This document shows, in pieces, positions 14,449-26,331 of a stretch of 64,000 nt of DNA. A model generated the notes under the pieces. That model searched no databases, had not been told where the DNA came from, and was given only the letters and a program-made list of their open reading frames with translations. The number at the start of each line of letters is the position of its first letter. Positions within the stretch are counted from its first letter, which is position 1. Source of the DNA: Paramecium tetraurelia (taxonomy: Eukaryota); the NCBI GenBank assembly GCA_000165425.1, contig CT868051.1:1-64000 (forward strand), in the 5' to 3' direction. Both the position numbers and the translations under genes were made by a program.

Positions 14449-15409
14449 CAAAAAAGGAAACAACAGCAACAATATGCAACCGGAGAATTTCCTTCCTAAG
14501 ATCATCCTAGCAATAAGAAATTATTGTAAAAATCTTTTGTTACTATAAAATAAAAATATAAAGCAAGCAATTATGATATAAAGTGAATATCATCCTTCTA
14601 ATATCACTGTACAATAAAAACCTGAATCTATTCTATTTTAACAAAAAAAAGGTATATATTTTATATTTCTTTATTAGTTGTTGAGTTCTTAAAGGAAATA
14701 AAAAGTGAAAAATGAGATCGATTAGATTTACTTATATAAAAAGTATTTACAATTTTTATTATGCGAAATAATATTAAAAATAATTTATATTTCCAATTTT
14801 ATAATTCTTAATAATAATAATTCCAATTTAAATAATTAAAATTCTATGAATATCTAAATATATACCTTCCATATTTAAAGATAGTTTTGTAAGTCAGTAC
14901 CACACAATTTGATATATTCTCCTTTTAGATTCAAGTTTTGAATGTTTCTATTGAATAAATAGAGTTATAAAGTAAAATTAAAATAATAAAATAATTTCCT
15001 CTTTTCTGTATCCCATAAATGAGAGGAATTGATTATAATTCCGTAATGTTACTTTCAGGAGAGGATCATATTGATCTGATATGATTAGTATGAAATATTT
15101 TATGAAAACAGAATTTTCAAGATTATATATTTTGTATGGAAATTTATCATAAATTTCATGTCGTTGAATCAGTCAAAATATTTTCAATTGTAAAATATAT
15201 ATATAAAAAGAATGATTCATATCATTAGCTGATAAGATGAAATTCTTAAAACCATAGATATCGATATTAATTTAAGGAGAATTACTAAATTTAAAAACAT
15301 ATGTAGTATAATAAGTTTTCCTATAAGGTATTATTTTTAATCGTTCTAGAGTCTTAAAGAATAACTATTTAGATATCTTGAATAATATAACAGCAGTTAA
15401 ATAACGACA

Positions 15410-16998
15410 TCAAATTTCTTAGTAGTATGTTTTTCTAATTGATTCATTCATTCTTGATATCTTTAGAGCCTCTCTAAAATTACCTTGTTTCTCTAAGATA
15501 TCCACTAAATAGAATATAATTTTTAATACATTTCAAATTTTACATCTCTATTTAATTAGTTAATTCTAAACTGATTATATAATTACAAATTTGAAGTGCC
15601 TCTGGATATCTATGAAGTTCCTTTAATGCATTCACTAAATCTAGTTCTATAAAACTACTTTTTTCGATTTAATATTCTTGTAAATTATTATTTATTCTAA
15701 TAGCTTCATCCCAACTTTAGATGGCTTCATTTAGCAATCCTTATTTTAATAATGCGTTCGCTAAATTCTAAATAATAATTTAACCTTTCGATTTATAAAT
15801 AAACATATCATTCCTATGAATATGTTCTTCACATACTTTAATAATTTCTTCTTATCTTTCTAATTCTGATAATGCTTAAACTATTTAATAATATCATCTG
15901 CTTATTACTTAAATTCTTGACTAAAAAGAAATAATTATATTCCTTCTATTTATCTGAACTACAAAATTCTATTAATTCATGCCATTTTTATTATTTGATT
16001 AAAGCATTTGCTGACAATCTTAATAATTTTCATACCTTTTTCCACATAAATACCAGGATGCTTCATTAGAGAAATTGCTTTATCATAATTATCAATTATT
16101 TCTTATTCTTTTCCCATTTTCTCTAAGATTTACCCTAAATCAATTGGTGCTTATAATTACCTTTTTTTTTGTATAAAAGCAGTTGATATTTATTATGTTT
16201 AAGTCCTAAATCTAAGCATGCCAACACTTCTTCATATTCACCTAATTTTTCTAAAGCTTACGCTATGGATTAATAAACTGAGATTTACCTTTTTCCATGT
16301 AGAACGAGTGATCATTGTTATTATACATAATCCCTAAATTCCAACATTCTGCTATTTTTCTCCATCCTTCATCAGTTATTAATCCGTCATTTTGAGTATA
16401 TAAATTTTTTATGGAGATAACTTAGGATAATTTAAATGTAGAAATTTACTTTTCTAAATGTAAAATATTTTATGCTCTTTATTATGGTTAATTCCATAAT
16501 CCCAGCATTCCAATATTTCAGTAAATCTCTTCTGTTCAAATAATTCTCGACCTAATGATTATGAAACTCCTTTTTTTACATTTTAACTAATAAAACGTAA
16601 CATCTTTGACATTTTATGTTATTGCATAATCATATAATTCAATGAGCAGGTTTTATTTACCTTGATTCCTTAGAGCTTAGGCTAATATATTGAAAAGCAA
16701 GTCTTACCTTTTTCTTAATAGAAATTGAGATCGTGCGCATTATTTAAAATTCCTAAATCCCAAGTATTTAAAATTTCCTATAATTTACCCAATTTAGCTA
16801 AAAGTTAAGCTATTTAAATTTAACAAAATTTACTCTTTTTCATGTATAAAGTGATGTTGTTTTTGTTATTCTCAATATTTTTATCCAATTACTCTAAAGT
16901 TTCATCATATTTCCCTTGTATATTTAACTCATTTACTATTTTAAATATCATTTTATACATTTTGACTAAATGTAATGGGAAATGGAATTTTAATTCAT
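15410..16998 (-). CDS. TPR-repeat protein, 13 exons, one repeat per internal exon
   Basis: Starts MNQNSISHYIQSKLNELNIQGKYDETLEQLDK. Twelve phase-1 GT-AG introns of 23-29 nt. Internal exons 102,102,102,102,132,102,99,102,96,102,105 nt. Repeat pattern Y..K|(A/G)..L...G...E....W(D/N).GI. TGA at 15410-15412. Confidence 0.88.
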
Positions 16999-17489
16999 AA
17001 AAAGAAAATAATTTAATATCACTCATTTATATATGAATAAGTTGTGGAGGTTATAAAAATAATCTTATAATTTTGAAATTAAATACAAAAAAGACTACTC
17101 AATATCAACTTATTCTAAATGATGAAAAAGAAAGTATTTACTTAAAAATCAAATTTAATATCTAGATCTAACCAACTTTTATATTATAAACGTTTTATTA
17201 ATTAACAATAACGTAATTAAATAAAGATCAGTCGATGACATTATGTTTAATGTTTATTAAATATTCAAGAAAGACAATTTTTATATTAAACTGAATTCAT
17301 AAACATTATAGTTTTCAGAATTCTAAACTTATATATAATAAAATAGTTAATTAAAATGAATTTTTAACTTTAATTTATCACACAAGCTAAAAATTCATTT
17401 TATGTAAAATTATGTTTTCAGCTAATCAATGGAACTTGCATTAATTTGTTATGATATAGAATTGATTCAATTGAATAATATCAATATTT

Positions 17490-18443
17490 TCAATTTACTG
17501 GTTGTGGACCATCCTTGTTTTCAAAGTACATATACTCAAACAAAATTGTGGCTGCTAAAATTAAAGCTTTATCTTCTTTCGATGCATTTTAAGGAAATAC
17601 AACACTATTATTACCAGTGAAGTCAGCCCAATTTTGACAGCAACCTTTCACTTACTTATTCATTGGAGCTACAACCTCAAATAACTAGTTCAATTATTTA
17701 CTTCTCCATTTGGAGTTTTGATATGAAATTCCACATGATTGCATTATTCACTGCAAGGAAATCTGCACCAAAAATAGCATTAGCAACAACTACCCTCTAT
17801 AATGTATTTCAACTTATTTTCTGAATCAAAAATATGACAACCAAGTGTACAACAATAAAATGGATTGACAATATAACCTAAATTCCTGTTTTAACCATTT
17901 TCAACATATTATACATCTAAGCGTGGTCTAAATATAAATAAATACTCATAAAAACCTATTCAAACAGCAGCAAGTACATACATACTTTCTATCAAATTTG
18001 AAAATAATGCGATCAGAGTTTTCCTAGAACATTTGATCCATATTAGGTTGGAAGTCTTTGCACCCATAATTGCTGACAAACATCTCAAATGGTCGAAAGG
18101 ATGGACTTAATGTTAAAACAAAGGTTACCTTAATGTTAGTCTAGCGCAAGATGAAGATTTTTCTTTACACTTGAATAATTCTTTTTGTTCGATCTATTCA
18201 CCTTAATCGTTTGCAGCATACACTTTAAAAACATTTGGAGTCTAAAATCCTAATCAATTACTTAGATTAACCAGATCTACCTATCATCACTTAGAAAAAC
18301 TCGAATTTCTGCTAAATGAAGATTCCCACCTATGTACCTAAAATATCTAAACAACTTGTTTGGTTTGTATTTAATGTGTAATCAGCCATTTGATAAATAT
18401 TGTTCTACCCAATGCTATCATCAGTATTAAGAGGTGACTACAT
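17490..18443 (-). CDS. Phospholipid scramblase family protein (paralogue A)
   Basis: GFQTPNVFKVY, LFKCKEKSSSCAR, RPFEM, CTCCCLNRPRLDV, FPQNASKEDKALILAATILFEYMYFE. Introns 18250-18280, 18106-18128, 17928-17955, 17676-17701. Confidence 0.9.
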
Positions 18444-19198
18444 AGAGAAATATGAATTGGATATTTTATTATTTCATAACAATAAAGACTGCTTTAATAT
18501 TAGCAAAAATGACTCATAGAGTTCTATATAATAAGAAAACCATAATAAAACCCTATGATTCATGGATTTAAATTAAATTTCTAATTAAAATTATAACTCA
18601 ACACTAATTTTTACCATTAATAACTGAATCTCTTTTTCTTTGACATCAAATTGTAAAAATTGAGACAAATTTAATTATTAAATAAAAAATTCCATATATT
18701 TTATATTTAATTTAAAAATGTTATTACAATTTCATTAAATAAAGTTTGATAATTTCTGCCATTGATCCCTATAAACATATTCTGATTATTCTACCATACC
18801 TGATCAATGTTGATAAGAAATTATAATGGCTGAATTCTCCTATTCAAGTCTACCTTCATTTCTTATTTTCAACATTTACTAATAACTGATCTCAAATAAT
18901 TAGAGCCACTGATTTTATACATATTTTATTATAAAATCTATATTAGATCGTTTAATAGTTCTTTTTTGACCCTTAATATCTTTAGAATTATTCTATTTCT
19001 CCCTTTCTCCTTAAAATATTTGTAGGCTAATCTATTTAATCTACAAAATATAAGAGCAATTTAGGCTCTCTACGAAAATGTAAATCTTATATTGAGCAAT
19101 ACTATAAATCCTTCTTCCCAAATTTCAGAATCTTCATATAGAAGAGTACTCTATAAAGATCATTGCTTAATTATTGAAAAATTATATATTATATTAAT

Positions 19199-19911
19199 TC
19201 ATTCTGTTGAATTCTTTTCTATAACTTTAAAAAATACTAGTTTATATAGCAGATATAGACTAAATTACATGGCTAAAACTATTCCAACAATGATGTATCT
19301 TTTGGCTTATTCTAAATCGCCTAATATTCTAAATTAATTTGGTTGAATACTTTCTCATTCCCATTATTAAGAAGCTTGAGGAGCTGATCATTCCATAGCC
19401 AACTAAACACCATTAAACATAGGAATTTCGTAATACGCACAATATGGTTATGGGCATCAAAATTGACATTGAATAGCCGTAAAGACACACGGTGTGAAAG
19501 AATCGGATATCGCTGCCAAGAATCTTCATTACGATTGTAAGTATGACAGGTGTTCCAAAACTTATGCAATACAGGAGTGCTGCTGATTAAGGAACATAGT
19601 CTACTGAATATGTTGTTTATCCTTCGAAATTCATTTAGTTGATATTTGCGACAGCTGTAATTAGGAAGATAATTGTTGCACTTATCCATAAAGGACCCCA
19701 TCTAGATATATAGTGCTAGCATTTACAGATCAGGATTTCCTGCAACGCGCTCATGAAAGTCTTTTCGGAAAGGGAGAAAGGAGGCTTTGATTCTATCAAT
19801 CACATCATCTTCAGAGACATTGAAGTAAGGTTAATAATATTGGACTGTTAAAAAGGCACAACATCCTTTTTGTTCTGGATGTTCTTCTTCTTCTTCCTAA
19901 AAAAATTCCAT
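19199..19911 (-). CDS. Yip1-domain (YIPF1/2-like) Golgi/ER membrane protein
   Basis: YYQPYFNVSEDDVIDRIKASFLP, NPDLWGPLWISATIIF, CLYGYSMSILMP. Two short introns. TGA at 19199-19201. Confidence 0.9.
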
Positions 19912-19928
19912 TTTATAAAATTAAATAT

Positions 19929-20777
19929 ATGATTAAAGTAAAGAGTTCAGGCAATAAGGAAGCAGATACAGCTAAGTACTTCCTAGAAGCCATGTTGTAA
20001 TTAAGAGATTGCTTCAATGAATCGAAATCAATAAGCATTGAAGCTCAGGGTTAGGACATCTGTGTGGCAACTTGTGTGTTAGAATTATTAAAGAATTAAT
20101 TTCCTAATAATAAAAATTCGATAAATACAAGTGGCAGTATCAAAGACGTCTAAGACTGTGATGTGAGCGGATTAAAAATAGACTTTTAAGTATTAGATTT
20201 TGGAAAGGATGTGTACAATCCAATGAGTTATGTTGAAAAGTATCTGCAATAATTGATGGAATATGAAAAATCATAGAAACGAAATAATAAAGAAGATACA
20301 AAACCAAGATAAAATTAATAATAGCAATAATAATAGTAATAACAATAACAATAGTAATAACATTAGTAATAACAATAGTAATAATAATAGCAATAATAAT
20401 AACAATAACAATAGTAATAATAATAGCAATAATAATAACAATAACAATAGTAATAACAATAAAAGAAGCAAAAAGAAGTCTAAGTAGAATATGTATAGAA
20501 AGTGGATTCAAATACATAAGATGATATTTACAACAAATGGAGTAAACCAAAGAATAAAAACAAATAGAGAATACCTAAAAATTACTATGGGAATGATGAA
20601 GACTTGGAGACAGATGGCTTGCACGGATTTGCCGAAGCTTTTGATTAAAAATAGGGGAGAAATAGAAATGAGAAGAATAGAAATAGAAGAAGTTAGAATA
20701 AGCAAGAAGAAGTAATTTATTAGGAATAGAATTTTATAAGAGGAAATATAAAATACAGAGGAGGATTAAAAAATTGA
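19929..20777 (+). CDS. Alba-domain nucleic-acid-binding protein with poly-Gln tract and Arg/Gly-containing tail
   Basis: Intronless 282-aa frame. MIKVKSSG..AKYFLEAMLQL..ISIEAQGQDICVATCVLELLKNQFP resembles the Alba/Rpp25 pattern. Poly-Q at 20316-20462; ends YRGGLKN*. Confidence 0.7.
20316..20462 (+). repeat. Poly-Gln codon tract (TAA/TAG/CAA) inside the Alba gene
   Basis: 49 codons: 48 Gln and 1 His. The standard-code track reads it as poly-N or poly-L in other frames. Confidence 0.9.
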
Positions 20778-20831
20778 TAAATAATAATAATCGTATAAAA
20801 TAATATATAGTTTAAACTCTGCTAAAAGTAT

Positions 20832-21788
20832 TCAATCATTTTCATTATAAATTACAATTTCATTAGACATTACGTAAGTTTGTTAGTCCTCCCACATAAA
20901 TTCTAACTGAATTACATAGTTAACTTTGTACAGTCTTCCTGGGTAGGTGCATGCATCATTAAAAGATTAGGAAATTGCAATATCAATGTCTAGATTTCTC
21001 TTCTCACTGTGCATGTTATCCAATCTTTGTTAGATCATCGTTTGTGGAGGTAACTAATAATTGTTACTAAACTTACTCGTTTATATTTGGTATCATTTTT
21101 AAATAGTAAATCAATTATTTACAAAATCGTAATCTGATTCTTAACTAAAGCAAATTGGGATCTAGTGTTGTCAACAAGCAATTTGCCTTTTAAATGTTCA
21201 CCTATTCGATAAGCATTCTTCTCCAAACTAGAGATAGCCAACTAAATCCATACTTGAACTAAAGAATCGGAGCGAAACCTGCGAATTTAGGTTCATAATT
21301 GAGTGAAATTGGTTTGATATCGTATCTGTTCTTTTTTGTTTTGACTACTTGAATCTGTCTGGTATTTGGTACAATGCTGCTGCTCAATGAAGTGGCTGAA
21401 GAACTTTTCTGCGGTTTTAAGATATAAATACAGCTAAGAAACATTCTAAGTATACGATTGTGGAGAGTGTTTAATCGGAGATTATAGAGTAGTAATTCTG
21501 ATAAATGGGTTCCCATTGAATGCGCTAATCAAAAGGAATGTGCAGTTGGGCTTCTCCGTTTAGTTTTCGTCGCATGAGGTTGATATCGAGAAATTGGTTG
21601 GATACTGTGAATCCTTTTGTGGTAATTTGCTCGATCCCAATCAGATTGACATATAAATGATGAGTGTTATCCATAGTCGGATTGTTGATTAAGACTGAAC
21701 CACTATACTAGCCATGTTAGTAATCAGCTTGGGTGACTTCGAAGTTTATTTCTCCTTGAAAATGAGTAATCGAGTGGCATAATCCCAT
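20832..21788 (-). CDS. Arrestin-fold (alpha-arrestin-like) protein with possible N-acylation signal
   Basis: Starts MGLCHS. SLEKNAYRIGEHLKGKLLVDNTRS and TYPGRLYKVNYVIQLEF resemble Arrestin_C. Three introns of 20-23 nt. Confidence 0.6.
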
Positions 21789-21909
21789 TATATAATATTT
21801 ATTAATTAAATTACAAATAGATTAATTAAAAGAACATTTTTTAGAATAAATTATTATCTCAACTTCCAAAAATTGTACGTCATAGAACAATAATATTAAA
21901 ATTACAATC

Positions 21910-23140
21910 ATGTTAAACAGCAAAATCAAGATTTTCAATGATGACTCCCTTCTTTTCAGTAGTTATCAATATTATACGGTTCCATTTTTATATACAATGG
22001 CCATAATATTGATTTCCTACTTCGAAAATGCTTGGATAGCCATTTGGATCGTCTATACTCTAATTCCATTTTTGGATGAATTCTTCTCATTAGATCTTCG
22101 TAATCCAAGCAAAGATGAATAGAAGTAACTTACATATTAGATTATTACTAGTAAACTAGAATCAGAGATGAGATTCAAGCTTCCATTGTATGTATGCGTC
22201 ATCTTCGATTGGATAAGTCTGATTTGGATGATCAATTTCCTTCTAAACAATGAGATCCAGATATTCAATAAACTGGGTATTATCTTTTTGTGTGGCAATT
22301 TGGCTGCATCCAACATCAACATCGCTCATGAATTGTTTCATAAAGATAATCTGCTGGATAAGCTATTGGGAACTATTACATTGGCAAGAAACTTGTACAT
22401 CCACTTTGCAATAGAGCATATCCATGGTCATCACAGAAATGTTGCTACTCCCAAAGATCCAGCAACTTCATTGAAAGGACAAAAGATATGGAACTTCTTG
22501 CCCTAGACCATAATTGGTTCATATGTGTCTGCTTGGAATTTTGAAGCAGATCTTATGCTCAAAAAATATGGATCAGTTATTAGAGTCTAAAATAGAATGA
22601 TATGGTAATAATTAATAATAGTGTAGGTATACAATATCTTATTTTATTATTCCATGCATTATCTATTATTACTTTGGAATCTTCGGATGTGCTTACTTCT
22701 TAGGCACTGTAATCAACAGTGTAGTGTACTTGGAGACCATTAATTATGTGGAGCATTATGGTTTGAGCCGAAAAGAAATACAACCGGGAAAATATGAGAA
22801 AGTAGACATTAGACATAGTTGGAATGCTCCACACAGATTATCCAATTATCTCCTCTTTAAATTGCAAAGACATTCAGACCATCACGAAAATCCATACAAA
22901 TCCTACCAGACACTCTGTTCCTATGAAGAAAGCCCCCAATTACCACATGGATATACTGTGTGTATTCTATTGGCATGGGTACCAAATTTATGGTTTGAAA
23001 TTATGGATTTGTAATTAAAGAATTGGGAACATCATAAAAAGAATGTGACCTCAGACCAAGTCAAACAGAAAATGCTTGATTTCATATTCAAAATTGGCAT
23101 GGTCACTACAACATTGGCAACTGCTTCAATTGCATTATGA
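21910..23140 (+). CDS. alkB: Alkane 1-monooxygenase (AlkB-type membrane non-haem di-iron hydroxylase)
   Basis: All four His motifs present: AHELFHK, EHIHGHHRNVATPKDPATS, NYVEHYGL, LQRHSDHH; also HSWN and SPQLPHGY. Intron 22605-22626 and probable intron 22125-22151. Confidence 0.93.
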
Positions 23141-23149
23141 ATTATTATT

Positions 23150-24267
23150 ATGATAATATTCCTAATTACAAGTGTTTTCGCATCACATATCTATCCCATC
23201 GCCTAAAACCCAAAAACCTTCGCTTTTCAATTGACCTATCAATAAGGGTCCTTGACACTTGATTTGAATTCTTAATTGACCTTTATGAAACTTAAAGGAG
23301 AGGAAGTCAAATGCAATTCCTCTCCATTTGGAGATTAGATCGAATGTTCCTCATGCACTCCAAATTGTGTCATTGGAGATGGTAATTTGATGCAAAGTGA
23401 TGCCATCCTCATCAACGTGTTATAAGAAGAACAAACAGAAAAGATGCTATACGTTTCCACGGATCAAGAAGAAATATTAGGCTTGGGATAATAGAGAGGA
23501 TGTATATAATAGATTCTATATTTGTAGCCTCAAAAACTCCGTAGAATCCATTTCTTTCCAATATTTTTCATATCTGTCTTGGTTATGATAAAGGATTCAT
23601 TTCAAAAGAATTCAAGAATCCATACAAAAAACAAATAAATTACAAATCAAATTCCTCCTCTAAATATTAAGTAGATCTCAAACAAATCAAAATACAAAAT
23701 CAAACAATTGTCAATCTAACTGGAAAAGTTACATATGTCGATAGCAGAGATCCATACATTTTATTGCCTGAAGAAAATTATCAAAAAATCATCACGTATT
23801 TTTCCAAATTTCAAGTCGTTGAAGAATCTCATACTCTCATCGTGAAGAATCAATCTCTAAAATTACCTGATATTGAATTTATATTTGATGATGATGATGA
23901 AAAAATCATTATGGAACCAGAAGCATACATCTTGAAACTTTCAAATGACACTCATATCTTAAGATTCAATAGATCCAAATTAAATCGAATTGAACTAGGA
24001 TTACCATTCTTGGCTTAAAAACTTATTACAATTGATTAAAATACAGAGAAATTCTATTTTTCTGATTTTAATTGTTAGGATTAATTCCAATAAATACAAC
24101 TTGAAATAGATTACTTTAAACAAATACTCCTTCCAACATTATTGATATGTCTTGTATTCTATTGCATTTTGACTCAAAAAGCTAAAACTTATAAACAATC
24201 CAAAGCCAATGAAAGCTATGAATTGACTAAATTAAAACAAGAAATTGAAGAGGAAGAGGAGATTTGA
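23150..24267 (+). CDS. Membrane-anchored pepsin-family (A1) aspartic protease-like protein with degenerate catalytic motifs
   Basis: Signal peptide MIIFLITSVFA; LTLDLNSQLTF and YVDSRDPYILLP where DTGS/DSGT are expected; ILGLG, FHICLG, LPDIEFIF, ELGLPFL; C-terminal TM segment; one intron. Confidence 0.7.
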
Positions 24268-24431
24268 ATTAATTTATTTTTAACCTTATTTGTATTGCTA
24301 TTTCTCTATATTTCAAATAATTGATTTATTTTTATGCAAAAATTCAAGATTTTCTTAATTTGAGTTTCATTGAAATTTCATAGTCTATTTATTAATAAGA
24401 TGAATAATTGTACATTTAAATATATTTATAA

Positions 24432-25746
24432 ATGAAAATTATCTCAATAATGGCGAATTTAGTCACTAGCCTAATAATATACGATACAAATGTTTTCAAA
24501 GGTTTTGATTACGATTTTAATCAACATTTTCCTTGTTCAAATACCTAGATAACAAGTTAAATCTTCTTCTCAGACTCATTTCCTGAAATACCTAAAATAA
24601 TCCTTTCCCTTGAAAAAATTGATATCTGGATTATAAACTCAGGGTTTATTTTAGAGATCACAGACATTTAGCTTACATGTAAGTATTTAGATTAGTTAAG
24701 ATTTCAATGTTAAGATTTCATGTCCAAATGAATTATATTTTGCTGTAAGATTTAAATGGTATGCTATTTGTGGAGGCGGTCTTCAAGTAATTAACTATAT
24801 CAGCTCTGCTTCCATTGTCAATCAAACTTTTCCTCATTAATTGAGTAATGCGAAATATGGATTTGTGAGTTTAACAGGTTTATTATTCAAGGGATCAATT
24901 GATTTTCTACTTTAAGTAAGGCATTTATATAATAACATTCTCAGATAAGTGAACTGACAAACTCTTCTATTTCGGTTGAGATTAACCAAGTAGATGGAAA
25001 ATTCCCTAATTTACTAAAAATAGGTTATTAAGTTGTCATAACATAACATGAGTTAATCAATCTAGGATTACAATATGCTCCTCAGATTTTTACAAGTTAA
25101 CCAATCTAAAACATATGCAGTTAATGGTTTATTTTTAACATTTAAGGTCTTAATTATGAAAACACAGATAACTTAAGACTAAATCTAACTTATAATAATA
25201 ATGCTGATATTATATCTTATTAGGTTGGATAATGTATTAATTTATCAAATTTTAGGGGTTGGATAATATACTGAAAGTTATCATTCTTAGCTATGGTTAT
25301 TTTATTAAAATACTTACTTTAGTTGCACTATGATAAAAAATAAAAGAAAATTAATCTCAAATATCAATGATTTACCCGAAAAGAAAATTGTTTTTGTTGA
25401 TTTGAATCTCCAATATATTAATAAAGGATAATACGAATTAATTTTAAATAAAACGCTTTCCTATCTGTAAATAGAAGTAGCTATGAAAAGCTTTTAGGGA
25501 AAACTAATTCAAAGTTCAATTCATTCATAAGATAACTGCAATCCATCATAAATTCAAGTTATTAAATATAAAAATGAAAAAATCTTCAACTTGATAACTT
25601 TCTACCTAGCATTTACTTCAACAACCTATCAATAATAAAAATTTAAGATTATTATCACAACCGGGAGTATTGAATTAGTTCAAGTACTTTTAAATTGCGC
25701 GTAAACTGAGAAGGCAATTCTGAAATTTGAATATATAGACGTCTGA
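24432..25746 (+). CDS. Secreted H-type lectin-like domain protein
   Basis: Signal-like N-terminus; IFFSDSFPEIPKIILSLEKIDI..ILEITDIQLTYFNVKISCP..VRFKWYAI resembles the H-lectin pattern; short introns; TGA at 25744-25746. Confidence 0.55.
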
Positions 25747-26331
25747 TTTAAGCAATAAAAAATTGCATTTTATTTAAATTTAAAAAATTAAATTATTAAG
25801 CATTTGTGTATATGTACCAATTATGATTTATAACAATTCTAATAATTTTAGTTTTTATTTGAATAAATATTACTTAAATTCTACAACGACTTAGTATCAC
25901 GAATGAAAAACATGTAAATTAATTTTATCCTTCCTTACAAAAAAATGAAACATTTATCTATAGCCCTATAATCAATTTTACATCAATAATTGATATTCTT
26001 AATATAAATTAGTTGCCTAGATCGTGACGAGTAAAAGTCTTGGATTATTAAAAAGAGTTATAAACAATAAAACTACCTTTTCAATTCTTATGATTTATCT
26101 TAAAAAATTCCAAATATGTTATAAAACATTCACTTGATAATCTCCTAATGGTCTTTAGATATTTTATATTTAAATAGAAAAACTACCAATTTTAATGAAA
26201 GTGTTAGAATGTTAAATTTAAATGTAAATTATTATCGTTATATAGTAAGTCATTTTAACTCATAAAGATGAATTTTCAGAATATGAATGATGAAATAATT
26301 AATATTATTATTAGTTCTAATAAAACAATAT

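Noticed and set aside
4799..14510. Track ORFs containing X runs
   Set aside because: Artefacts of translating the N gaps.
14950..15409. About 90 open codons continuing past the TPR gene's TGA
   Set aside because: With only one stop codon, open frames of this length are common by chance. No recognisable motif.
15410..16998. ~125-bp periodicity resembling a CRISPR or satellite array
   Set aside because: No identical nucleotide repeats; fully explained by exon-plus-intron TPR modules.
18730..19170. Coding-like minus-strand stretch
   Set aside because: No consistent start/intron/stop model and no motif; possibly a remnant.
20140..20715. Track ORFs of poly-Leu, poly-Ile and poly-Asn
   Set aside because: Off-frame and antisense readings of the Alba poly-Q tract.
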